From the NCBI GenBank assembly GCA_963666215.2, contig CAXWPL010000001.1, positions 352,001-416,000 on the forward strand: a stretch of 64,000 bases of DNA. Reading direction: 5' to 3'. The stretch is from Acidobacteriota bacterium (GTDB taxonomy: Bacteria > Acidobacteriota > UBA890 > WLXD01). Positions 10,702 to 20,588 of the stretch are shown here, in pieces. The notes beneath the pieces were generated by a model that worked only from the letters and a program-made list of their open reading frames with translations, was not told where the DNA came from and ran no database searches. The translations under genes and the position numbers were made by a program. The stretch's first letter is position 1; every line of letters starts with the position of its first letter.

Positions 10702-10888
10702 GCGGGTCGAATCCATCGACAGTCCATCTTGCGGCCAGCGGCGGCCCGCGGCGGCCTCCGTGGGTCGGGTTCTCGACCCACGTCCAGGCCGCAAAACGAC
10801 CATGACGCTCGCACCAGGCCGCACTAGGCTCCGCGTTGCCGTGCACCGACCCACTGCGACTCGCGAAAGATCAGCCAGCCATGGCAAC

Positions 10889-13156
10889 ATGACGGCCATG
10901 GACTCGGAATTAATCGGTAACGACCCTCAGTCCGACGGCTTCGACGTCGACATTTGGGCGTACCTGGATGCGATTTGGCGCCGCGCATGGATTGTGGTGA
11001 TCGCCATTGTGTTGAGCGTGACCAACACGCTCAACACGGTCGGGAGCCAGGTGCCCACCTACACGTCGACCGTACGGATCCAGATCACATCGTCCGAAGC
11101 ACAATCGATTGACGTTTCCCAGCTGCTCCTGCCGGGACAAGTAACAAGCAGTCAAACCGCCACACAGCTAGAGCTGCTCACGAGCAGAGCGTTTATCGAG
11201 ACGTTCATCGCCCGACCAGACGTCCTCGATCAGCTCGTGCCCCAGATGCTTCCGGCGGCGTCGACTGCTGCCGAGGGTAATCCGTCAGGCCTCGCCGCAG
11301 AATCAGAATCGGGTGCTGTCGTCGACCCCATAGCCGCTCCTGACAACAGGACACTCAAGCAGCGTATGGCCGGTTTGCTCAACAGTCTCGTGGGCGAACC
11401 AGAGGAGCCCGGCATGGACGAGAGCATGATCCCGGAAAGACTCCGAGACCGCCGCACCAGCGCCGCCATTTCGCGGATACGTTCGGCACTCACCGTCGAC
11501 ACGGTGGACGACACGGATCTCGTCGATCTGTCATGGGACGATCGTGACCCCGTCTTCGCCACTCACATGGCCAACACACTCGCTGAAGCGTTCGTCAGCT
11601 ACAGCGTAGAGACCTCCGCGCGACGATCTCAGCAAGCCGCTCGCGTCCTCACCGAGGGAATCGAGCGACTGCGCGACGAGATCCGGGAGCACGAAGCCTC
11701 CATCGAAGCGATCGGGGGCGAGCTTGGCATGGACGAATCGGGAGCCCAGAGCACGAATTCGGATGCCCTCGACTCCGAGCTCACGGCTGCCCGCGTCCAA
11801 CGCATCGAGGCGGAAGCTGACTACCGTCGACTCCAGGAGGTTGACGCTTCAAACAGTCGGGCCGCGAGAGATGCTCCCGCGGCACGCCAGCTCCGCGACA
11901 GGCTGGCCAGCCTCCAACTCGACAGCGACGACCTGGCGCGACGGGTAACGAGCGCGCACCCACAGATGGTCGAGCTGAACGCTCAGATCGCTGACGCCGA
12001 GTCCCAGCTGCAACGGGAGGAAGAGGTCGCCTATGGGGCGGCCCTCCGTCAACAGCAGCAGCGAGTCGACGCGGCGCGCGACTCCGAGCGGCGACTGCGC
12101 TCCCTCGGCTTCACTCCGACCGGTTTCCGAGCCGACCAGTACGACGACCTCACGCAGTACCGAGCGCTGCAGACGACCCTCGTGAGCAAGCGCGAGATTC
12201 TGGAACAGTTCACGTTGCACAGAAGTACGTTGGAGTTTGCCGCGCATCTTCAAGGCAATGGCGGCCCGATCGTCGAGGTCGTCGACCCGGCGATCATCCC
12301 ACGCCGTCGCGGCAGTAAGGGGTGGCTGCGTCATCTGTTCTTGGCCACACTGATCGGGAGCGCCGTCGGAGCAGCGTTGGCGCTGGCGCTCGACTTCCTC
12401 GACAACACCCTGCGGACCGAAGAAGACGTCCAGCGACGACTTGGAGTCCCCACTTTGGGGTCGGTCCGAATCGTTGGGAAGCAGGGCGCTCGCGGGAAGA
12501 TCCAGGACGCGTCAACCGTGGAAGGACACGTCTCGCCCGAGCACGTCGCCCGCAGGCAGCCCCGGTCCCGTGTCGCCGAGGACTACCGAGAGCTGCGAAC
12601 CGCGCTCCTGCTGAGTAGTGGCGGCGGCCCGCCTCGAAGCCTCCTGGTGACCTCTGCGACGCCCGGCGAAGGCAAAACGACCACCGCCATCAACCTGGCG
12701 TTTTCTCTTGCCGATGCCGGCAAGCGGGTGCTGCTCATCGACGCCGATCTACGCCTTCCGACGATCGCCGAGGCTCTCAACATCGGCCGCGTCGACGGTC
12801 TGTCCAACTATCTCGCGGGCACGGCAGCCTGGGAGAACCTGATCCTCTCAACGCACGACGACCGGTTGTGTGTACTCCCGAGCGGGCCTCAGCCCCCCAA
12901 CCCGGCGGAGCTCTTCGGCACGGATCTGCCCCTGACCCTCCTCCGCGAAGCCGCCGAGCGGTTCGACATCGTGATCGTCGACTCCCCGCCGGCGATGAGC
13001 ATCGTCGACTCGCGTATTCTGGCGTCGCTCGTGGACGGCGTTGTGCTGGTCGTGCGCGCCAACAAGACCCCGTATCAAGTGGCGATGAAGACGCTGGCGC
13101 ACCTTCGCTCCGTGCACGGCAACGTTCTCGGCGTGGTCTTGAACGGCCGAGCATGA
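10889..13156 (+). CDS. Wzc/GumC-like polysaccharide co-polymerase / BY-kinase; the C-terminal Tyr cluster lies out of frame (to 13379)
   Basis: Wzz-like N-terminus (AYLDAIWRRAW), coiled coil, second TM. Kinase motifs: EDYRELRT, Walker A SATPGEGKTT, LIDADLR, IVDSPP, LGVVLN. Confidence 0.88.
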   Translation: MTAMDSELIGNDPQSDGFDVDIWAYLDAIWRRAWIVVIAIVLSVTNTLNTVGSQVPTYTSTVRIQITSSEAQSIDVSQLLLPGQVTSSQTATQLELLTSRAFIETFIARPDVLDQLVPQMLPAASTAAEGNPSGLAAESESGAVVDPIAAPDNRTLKQRMAGLLNSLVGEPEEPGMDESMIPERLRDRRTSAAISRIRSALTVDTVDDTDLVDLSWDDRDPVFATHMANTLAEAFVSYSVETSARRSQQAARVLTEGIERLRDEIREHEASIEAIGGELGMDESGAQSTNSDALDSELTAARVQRIEAEADYRRLQEVDASNSRAARDAPAARQLRDRLASLQLDSDDLARRVTSAHPQMVELNAQIADAESQLQREEEVAYGAALRQQQQRVDAARDSERRLRSLGFTPTGFRADQYDDLTQYRALQTTLVSKREILEQFTLHRSTLEFAAHLQGNGGPIVEVVDPAIIPRRRGSKGWLRHLFLATLIGSAVGAALALALDFLDNTLRTEEDVQRRLGVPTLGSVRIVGKQGARGKIQDASTVEGHVSPEHVARRQPRSRVAEDYRELRTALLLSSGGGPPRSLLVTSATPGEGKTTTAINLAFSLADAGKRVLLIDADLRLPTIAEALNIGRVDGLSNYLAGTAAWENLILSTHDDRLCVLPSGPQPPNPAELFGTDLPLTLLREAAERFDIVIVDSPPAMSIVDSRILASLVDGVVLVVRANKTPYQVAMKTLAHLRSVHGNVLGVVLNGRA

Positions 13157-13476
13157 GTCACGAGTCGGCTACGGCAAGTACGACTACGAGTACGGCGTCG
13201 ACGATCTCGCCCGCCGCCTGGAGCATGACGAGGAATGGGGTCAAACGACGGCCGGCGCAGGGGACGACGAGCCCGCCAATCGGCGGGACGGTGATGACCG
13301 CCGCCGAACGTTCGGTGGCGGTGACTACCCCGCTACGTCGTCACCGGTGGTAGTCGCTGAGGGGGCCGAACAAGGCTGAGAGGCGCGTCGTATAACGCGC
13401 TCCGCGCTCCGAACGGCGCCCACCCACCGAGCGCAGCGCCCCGCGTGAGATCGCCAAGAACCGACCCCAACGCCCA

Positions 13477-16139
13477 TCATTCGGCTCTCAGCGTAATCGC
13501 CGGGTCAACGCTGATGGCGCGCCGTGCTGGCACGAGGCAGGCGACAATTGACGCCACCAGAAGGCACGTCGCTACCAGGATAAAAGTCACCGGATCGGTG
13601 GGCGCGGTGTCGTAGAGGAGGCCGGAAATGACGTTTCCGAACACAATCGCGCCCGCAACTCCCAAAAGCAAACCTGCCACGACCAGCGCCATGCCCTGCC
13701 CGACAACCAATCCGATCACGCTGCCCTTGCGAGCGCCGAGCGCCATGCGCAGCCCCAGCTCACGAGTCCGCTGGTTCACCGTGAAGGCCATCACCCCAGC
13801 GATGCCCGTAACCGTCACGACCAGCGCCAGCGCCGCGAATAATCCCAGGAGCGAGGCGGTCAAACGTGGAGAGGCAACCGCTTCGTCGCGCAACGACGCC
13901 AGGGTCTCGATGTCGCTGATCGGATTGGCCCCGCTCAGTGCGTAGGTGATCTCTTTCACCTGTTGAGCCGCTGTCGCCGGGTCACCCACGGTTCGCACCA
14001 GCAGCCAAGTAGGCATGCCGCCCTGCGTGTTGGGGCGGTAGAACTCGTCGGTCACTTCGGACTCGGGTCCGTAGAGCCGCGTATCACCGACAACTCCGAC
14101 GATCGTGATCCAGGTCTCACCGTCGTCGATCGACACGCGCTTGCCAACGGCGCGTTCGCCGGGCCAATGGCGCTCGGCCAGCGAGCGATTGACAATACCC
14201 ACCGGCGCCGACTCGCTCTCGTCGGTAATCTCGAATGCGCGCCCGTCGAGCACCGGAATGTCCAAGACGTCGAAGTACCCACGACTGACAACATTCCCGT
14301 CGAGCTACGGGGCGATGTCGACCTCTTCCGAGTCGCGCCCTTCGATAAGGAACTCTTGCAGAAAAGGATTCGTGGAACGGTAGGGCGGCTTCGTTGTTAG
14401 CGCAGCCGCGCGGGCGAGCGGGCTCTCGCCGACCGCGTCGGCCACCTCGTTCAGGAAATGGTGTGCCGCCGTCATGGTGTCGAACTCGGTGAAGTTGACC
14501 GATATCCGCGCCGTGAGCACGTGTTCGGTTTCAAATCCGGGCTCGACCTGCTGCAGGCGCACCAGGCTTCGCAAGGTCAGACCCGCGCCGATCAACAACA
14601 CGAACGACAGCGCCACCTGCGCGACGATGAGCCCACGCCGAATGTTGTCCTTGCCGGAGCCGGTTGTACGGGTGCTCTCTTGGATCGAGCTCCGTAGGTC
14701 CACACGAGAACCAAGCGTCGGCACAACACCGAACACCAGACCGGTGGCCAGCGACGTCAGCAGAGTGAACGCCAGAACCCAGCCGTCGATCCCTACGCTG
14801 ATCGCACGCGGCGTAAAGCGGGCAACGAAGCCAACAAGCAGATCGAGTCCAACAAAAGCGACCCCCAGGCCCACCACGCCACCGATGACGGCCAGCAGTG
14901 TGCTCTCAGTCACGAGCTGGCGCAGCAGGCGACCGCGACCCGCGCCCAGGGCGGTACGTACGGCAAGCTCGCGATCGCGTCGAATGACGCGCGCCAGCGT
15001 CAGGTTGGCGACGTTGGCGCAGGCGATCAGCAGCACGATCCCCGCTGTCACCAGCAGCATCATCAGCGTCGGCCGCGCGTTGCGTGTCAGTTCCTCTTTC
15101 AGGTCGACAACGCTTGCGGTGTAGTTGATCTCGGGCGGATACGAGTCTGGGAAGTCGCTGCTGAAGCGCTCGGCTACGGCCGCCACCTCGGCGTGCGCCG
15201 TCTGGACGTCGACGCCGTCTTTGAGTCGAGCAAAGGCCGTCAGGTTCGAGAACGCACGCCGATTCTCGCCATGCGCGTGCGCTCCGCATTGGCGCGGAAC
15301 GGGCAGACAGACGTCGACATGTAGACGTCGTTGCTGTTCGGGAACTGGGGAATCGGCGGCAAGACGCCGACCACCGTGTGTGGCCGCGTGTTCATCTCGA
15401 ACACCTGCCCGATGACATTCGGATCACCGCCAAACGACTGCTGCCAGTACTCGTGGCTGAGCACCAGCACGGCCTCGGCATCGAGATCGTCGTCTACATC
15501 GACGAAGGTGCGCCCGAGCAACGGTGTGACACCGAGCACGTCGAAGAAGTTGGACGACACCACCCCCGTCTCAACGCGTTCCGGCTCACCGCGGCCGAGC
15601 AACACGAAGAACATCGTGTGGTACTCGACGAGCCCGTCGAAGCTGCTCGCCTGCTCGCGGAAGTCGTACACCTCCTTGATCGAGAGCTGCGGAGTTCCCT
15701 CTTGCCCGTTGATAATCGCTCGTTGCTGAACCAGCACCAACCGGTCACCGTTGGCGTACGGCAGCGGCTGTAACAGAACGCCGTTGATCACGCTGAAGAT
15801 CGCCGTGTTGGCGCCGATGCCGAGCCCTAGCGTCAAAATCGCCGCGATCGCGAAGCCCGGGTTCTTGAGCAACGTGCGCAGCCCGTAGCGAAGATCCTGC
15901 ATCAACATGTCGATCTGACTCCCTTTGCGCTCGTCGCGGCATTCTTCTTTGGCACGCTCGTAGGCTCCGAAATTGAGGCGCGCCCGCCGGTACGCCTCGG
16001 CCTCGCTCATGCCATCACGGATGTACTTGTCGGCTTCCATCTGGACGTGGAAGACCATCTCCTCGTCGAGATCGCGGTCGGCGACGGGGCGACCTCGACC
16101 CGAGAAGCGCCTCAGCAGTGTGCGTAGCTGCGCTCTCAT
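13477..16139 (-). pseudogene. ADOP-type duplicated ABC permease (MacB-PCD/FtsX x2), interrupted by a frameshift near 15270 and an in-frame TAG at 14305-14307
   Basis: Three collinear ORFs: QDLRYGLRTLLKNPGF...GIGANTAIFS; LLIACANVANL...RELAVRTALGAGR; QRTRELGLRMALGA...VPARRAISVDPAITLRAE. The lesions may be sequencing errors. Confidence 0.85.
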
Positions 16140-16150
16140 CCTCAGCCTCT

Positions 16151-16489
16151 CTATGTCGTCTGGAGAATCGCCGTGACCGCCTGCGACAGGCGCTCCCAGC
16201 TGGTGGCTTCGGCCTCCAGCTGTTGCCGTCCCTCAGTGGTGAGGCGATAGAACTTGGCGCGCCGGTTGTTCTCCGACTGGCCCCACTCGGCAGCGATCCA
16301 TTTCTGACGCTCCAGCCGGTGCAGCGCCGGGTAGAGCGAGCCTTGGTTCACGAGCAGGACGTCCTTCGACATCTGCTGGATACGCTGCGAGATGCCCCAG
16401 CCATGGTTGGGCTGCAGCTGCAGCGTTTTGAGAATCAACATGTCCAGCGTGCCCTGCAGTAGGTCGACGTTGGGCTTGGTCATCCGCAC
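16151..16489 (-). CDS. PadR-family transcriptional regulator (acidobacterial type)
   Basis: DLLQGTLDMLILKTL, HGWGI, QGSLYPALHRLE, WGQSENNRRAKFY. Immediately upstream of the ADOP gene. Confidence 0.95.
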   Translation of the reverse strand: MRMTKPNVDLLQGTLDMLILKTLQLQPNHGWGISQRIQQMSKDVLLVNQGSLYPALHRLERQKWIAAEWGQSENNRRAKFYRLTTEGRQQLEAEATSWERLSQAVTAILQTT

Positions 16490-16530
16490 TCTCTTATGGG
16501 TTCGGGGAATTCTCTCCTAGACACTCGACA

Positions 16531-16560
16531 AGAGTAGAGATGGTTCCTGTAGATTGTCAA
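16531..16560 (-). promoter_or_regulatory. sigma70-type promoter for the padR-ADOP pair
   Basis: The minus strand reads TTGACA (16560-16555), 18 nt spacer, TACTCT (16536-16531), about 45 bp upstream of padR. Confidence 0.6.
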
Positions 16561-16871
16561 GGGAAGAGACGGGGGGCTCCCGCGGCGCGTAAGCTCGCGA
16601 GCCGCGCGACCGCGGGGCCCGTTGGTGGGCCCGCGGTCGTCGTGCACGGCGCGCGGTGGGCATCAAGACCTCTGCCGCTCGAGACTGAAAAGCGGCCAAC
16701 GCAGCAGGCGACCGCGAGCAGCACGCCGAGCATGATGTAGCCGAGCACGCCTCCCGCGGGAGGCGCTCTTCGGCCCGGACATGAGGTCGGGCCGAAACGG
16801 GCGTGCGCGTCCGTCTACCTGGCAGTACCAGGGAGCCGGCCCGCGCCCCAACTCACTCAGGAGGCCTGGTG

Positions 16872-17243
16872 ATGCTCAACCGATCGGCAGTGGTGTTCTC
16901 GCTCGTGTGTCTCGGGCTCGCGCTCGGCGTTGCTGCCGGCGGCAACCTCGGCGCCGCACAAAGCACGCTGGGCGCGCCCGACTTCGACACCGGCTGGTTC
17001 AAGTGCAAGAAGTTCGACGGCTTCGTCAAGCACGGACTCGACGTCTCGATCGAGCAGATGCACGTAAGGCTCCTCCACGAGCACCGCACGAACCAGATCG
17101 GGAATCTCTCCTCCCCGGCCATCGATTCAAGTGACAGATGGTTCGTGAACAAAGGGGAGCGTGACGAGCTGTTTCTGAGCCTTTGCAACAACCTCGACAC
17201 ACACGTACCGAAGAAGGGTCGCGTTCTGATTTGGAAGGACTAG
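16872..17243 (+). CDS. small secreted hypothetical protein
   Basis: GGAGG RBS, signal peptide MLNRSAVVFSLVCLGLALGVAAG, coding-like codon usage. No family recognised. Confidence 0.6.
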   Translation: MLNRSAVVFSLVCLGLALGVAAGGNLGAAQSTLGAPDFDTGWFKCKKFDGFVKHGLDVSIEQMHVRLLHEHRTNQIGNLSSPAIDSSDRWFVNKGERDELFLSLCNNLDTHVPKKGRVLIWKD

Positions 17244-17625
17244 CCGAGAATGAGCTTCATGAACCATGATCGACTCCTCGGTGAGCGAGCTGAAAGAACA
17301 GACTCAGCGACTTCTTCTTTTAGCCGAAGACGCCGATGTTTAGGCCCATTCTGTCCATGTAGGCTGAAGTGGCGAACCCTGCCGGCGGATCATCTTGCTC
17401 CTGCTCCAACGACCAGCAGCACGAGCGCGACCGCCATCACACTGCACTTGCGGAAATCGAACATCGACTCCTCCTGAGTCCGAGGTCGTGCCTGAGCACG
17501 AAGTCCATCCGAGTGGCGCTCTCCGGCCACTCGCGGCAGTATGCTCGTCGGGACCTGGCCAATCCAGCCAGGACGACCGATCCCGGCCACAGCCGAGCAG
17601 CGAGCATCCAAAGACAGGAGACGCG

Positions 17626-18606
17626 ATGGAGCTGCGTGTGATCAACCCGCAGCAGGTGATCGAGCTGCTGCCGATGGCGGAATGCATCGAGGTCATCGAC
17701 GCGGCCATGCGCTGCGCCTCGAGCGGCGGCGCCCAGACGCCGCTGCGGACCAAGCTCGACCTGTCCACGGGCGGGCTGCTGGGCTGGATGCCGGGCTCGA
17801 TGAGCAGCCCGAACGTGTTCGGCATGAAGCTCGTGGGGGTATTCGCCGAGAATTTCGCGTTGGGGATGCACAGCCACAACGGCGTGGTCGTGCTGTTCGA
17901 GAGTGAGCACGGGCGACCGTTCGCCGTGGTCGACGCCTCCGAGATCACCGCGATCCGCACCGCGGCAGCCAGCGCGATTGCCACCCGGTTGCTCGCCCGC
18001 TCCGACGCCTCGACGCTGACGATCATGGGCTACGGCGCCCAGGGGCGGCAGCACCTCGATGCCATGCTGTGTGTTCGCGAGTTCGACGACGTCCGCATCT
18101 GGGGCCGCGACCTCGCAAAATCAACCGCCTTCGCCGAGGAGCATGGGCCCCGAGTCGGCGTCGAAATCTGCCCGGTGAAGGGAGCCCGGGCGGCAATCGA
18201 AGGTGCCGACGTGATCTGCACGGTCACCGGATCCCCCACCCCCATCCTGCTGGGTGATTGGCTGGAGCCCGGGCAGCACATCAACGCCGTGGGCACCAGC
18301 TTTCCGGGAACCCGCGAGCTCGATACCGAAGCGGTCGTGCGCTCGCGGATGTTCGTCGACCTGCGCGAGGGAGCTCTGGCGCAAGCCGGCGAGTTCCAGA
18401 TGGCGCGCGACGAGGGCGCCATAGACGCCAGCCACATCCTCGGCGAGATCGGCGAGGTTGCGCTCGGGACGGCCGTCGGCCGGACAACCGCCGAGGACAT
18501 CACCCTCTACAAATCGCTCGGGCTCGTCGTGCAGGACCTGGCGTCGGCGCATCATGTGTGGCGTAAGGCAACCGAGCAGGGTGTGGGTGTAACGACCGAG
18601 TTCTGA
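17626..18606 (+). CDS. ornithine cyclodeaminase / mu-crystallin family protein
   Basis: AGGAG RBS. Motifs GMKLV, ITAIRTAAASAIAT, GYGAQG, HINAVG, LYKSLGLVVQDLA. Confidence 0.92.
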   Translation: MELRVINPQQVIELLPMAECIEVIDAAMRCASSGGAQTPLRTKLDLSTGGLLGWMPGSMSSPNVFGMKLVGVFAENFALGMHSHNGVVVLFESEHGRPFAVVDASEITAIRTAAASAIATRLLARSDASTLTIMGYGAQGRQHLDAMLCVREFDDVRIWGRDLAKSTAFAEEHGPRVGVEICPVKGARAAIEGADVICTVTGSPTPILLGDWLEPGQHINAVGTSFPGTRELDTEAVVRSRMFVDLREGALAQAGEFQMARDEGAIDASHILGEIGEVALGTAVGRTTAEDITLYKSLGLVVQDLASAHHVWRKATEQGVGVTTEF

Positions 18607-18696
18607 CCGGTTCCCCACCAGTCTGGCGGCGCGGCATAATCCTTCGACCTCGCGAAGAGCAACCGAACCTGACGGAGACCCGACATGCGGGCAGAC

Positions 18697-19038
18697 ATGA
18701 AGATCGACTACCTGGAGCTCCCAGCCCAGGATCTCGAGAAGGCCAAGTCCTTCTACACCGCAGTATTCGGCTGGAAATTCGAGGACTACGGGCCGGAATA
18801 CTGCAGTTTCAACGATGGCCGGCTCGACGGCGGCTTCTACCGGTCTGAGCTCACCAGCTCGGCAGCCAACGGCGCGGCGCTCGTCGTGCTCTACGCCACC
18901 AACCTGGAGCACCTCCGCGACAGAATCGTCGCGCATGGGGCTACGATTATCCGCGACATCTTCCCGTTTCCGGGCGGCCGGCGGTTCCACTTCGCCGATC
19001 CGAACGGCAACGAGCTCGCCGTCTGGTCCGATCAGTGA
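18697..19038 (+). CDS. VOC/glyoxalase family protein
   Basis: KIDYLELPA.D..KAKSFY..VFGW, FPGGRRFHFADPNGNELAVW. Alternative start at 18685. Confidence 0.9.
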   Translation: MKIDYLELPAQDLEKAKSFYTAVFGWKFEDYGPEYCSFNDGRLDGGFYRSELTSSAANGAALVVLYATNLEHLRDRIVAHGATIIRDIFPFPGGRRFHFADPNGNELAVWSDQ

Positions 19039-19092
19039 GGCGTCCGCGCCGAGCGCGAGATTCTGACTGAGAACAAGAACCGAAGAGCCACA

Positions 19093-20037
19093 GTGTCGAT
19101 CCGCCCGGTCAAGCAACTCATCGAGTCGAAGCCGACTCTCGAGGGAGCCGGCGTACACCTGCGACGCGCCTTTGGCTTCGGCGACACGGATCCGTTCGAT
19201 CCTTTCCTGCTGCTCGACGATTTCCGCAACGAGCGACCGGAGGACTATGTCGCCGGCTTCCCCTGGCACCCGCACCGCGGCATCGAGACCATCACCTACG
19301 TGCTGTCCGGCAACGTCGACCATGGCGACAGCCTGGGGAACGAGGGAACCATCGGGCCTGGCGACGTGCAGTGGATGACCGCCGGGAGCGGCATCGTTCA
19401 TCAGGAGATGCCGCAGGGCGATGCGCAGGGACGCATGCACGGCTTCCAGCTCTGGGCCAATTTGCCGGCGTCGCTGAAGATGACCGCACCGCGCTATCAG
19501 GAGATCCTGTCGGGCGATATCCCGGAGATCACCGACGACGACGGCACCAAGGCGCGTGTCATCTGCGGCGAGCTGTGGGGGGTACACGGACCTATCGACG
19601 GGATCGCCGCCGACCCGAGCTACATCGACATCTCGGTGCCGCCGGGCAGGACGAAGCGGATTCCTGTTGAAACCCAACGCCACGCGTTTGCCTACGTTTT
19701 CGCCGGATCGGGCCGCTTTGCCGGGGCCTCGGACCCACTCCCCGCCCCCACCGAGCTCGTCGAAGGCACGCCGCTCGACGGCGAAGCCACGCCAGGGGTC
19801 GGACATCCGACAGCCGTGCAGGCGCGAAAAGCGGACAACCGCACGCTCGTGCTGTTCGACCGCGGCGACGAGGTCACCGTACACGCCGGCGAGCACGGCA
19901 TCCGCTTCCTGCTGGTTTCCGGCAAGCCACTGCAAGAGCCGGTGGCCTGGCGCGGCCCCATCGTGATGAATACGCAGGAGGAGCTGCGGCGCGCCTACGC
20001 CGATCTGCGCGACGGGACCTTCTTGCGAGGACGCTGA
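19093..20037 (+). CDS. pirin family protein
   Basis: DPFLLLDDF, GFPWHPHRGIETITY, QWMTAGSGIVHQE, GFQLWANLP, GPIVMNT. Confidence 0.95.
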   Translation: MSIRPVKQLIESKPTLEGAGVHLRRAFGFGDTDPFDPFLLLDDFRNERPEDYVAGFPWHPHRGIETITYVLSGNVDHGDSLGNEGTIGPGDVQWMTAGSGIVHQEMPQGDAQGRMHGFQLWANLPASLKMTAPRYQEILSGDIPEITDDDGTKARVICGELWGVHGPIDGIAADPSYIDISVPPGRTKRIPVETQRHAFAYVFAGSGRFAGASDPLPAPTELVEGTPLDGEATPGVGHPTAVQARKADNRTLVLFDRGDEVTVHAGEHGIRFLLVSGKPLQEPVAWRGPIVMNTQEELRRAYADLRDGTFLRGR

Positions 20038-20081
20038 GCTAGGCCTGAACCTGCTCGAGCGCGAAAGACCGAGTGGAAGAC

Positions 20082-20588
20082 GTGAGCCGTGACGCGGCAC
20101 AGCCGATTTTTCGAACGGCATTGGAAGCAGATCTGCCTTTGATCATTGCCCTGCTCGCCGATGACGCACTCGGGTCCTTCAGGGAAAAGCCGCAAGACCC
20201 GGGGGACTCCGCCTTGGCCTCCTACCGAGCCGCTTTCGAGGCCATCTCGGCCGACCCCAACCACGAGCTACTCGTGGCTGAGCTCGACGGATCCGTAGTT
20301 GGCGTGCTGCAACTGTCGTTCATTCCACACCTCAGCTATGAGGGCGGCTGGCGAGCTCAGATCGAGGGGGTCCGTGTTTCCAAAGAACTGCGCTCCCGTG
20401 GAGTGGGCCAGGCTCTTGTCGAGTCGGCGATCGCCCGAGCGCAGCGGAAGGGCTGCCACCTCGTCCAGCTCACGACCGATAGGCGTCGTCCCGAGGCCTT
20501 GAAGTTCTACGTCGGACTCGGTTTCCAGGCGACACACGAGGGGCTGAAGCTTCACCTTTCGGCGCCCATACCGAGTGCGACTTCATGA
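20082..20588 (+). CDS. GNAT family N-acetyltransferase
   Basis: QIEGVRV..ELRSRGVGQAL, LVQLTTD..R..A.KFY..LGF. Confidence 0.9.
   Translation: MSRDAAQPIFRTALEADLPLIIALLADDALGSFREKPQDPGDSALASYRAAFEAISADPNHELLVAELDGSVVGVLQLSFIPHLSYEGGWRAQIEGVRVSKELRSRGVGQALVESAIARAQRKGCHLVQLTTDRRRPEALKFYVGLGFQATHEGLKLHLSAPIPSATS

Noticed and set aside
13154-13156. TGA as selenocysteine or read-through in wzc
   Set aside because: The in-frame continuation is uninformative. The Tyr cluster is in the +1 frame.
18121-20121. 666-aa minus-strand ORF
   Set aside because: Antisense to three well-supported genes (OCD, VOC, pirin). This is a high-GC codon-symmetry artefact.
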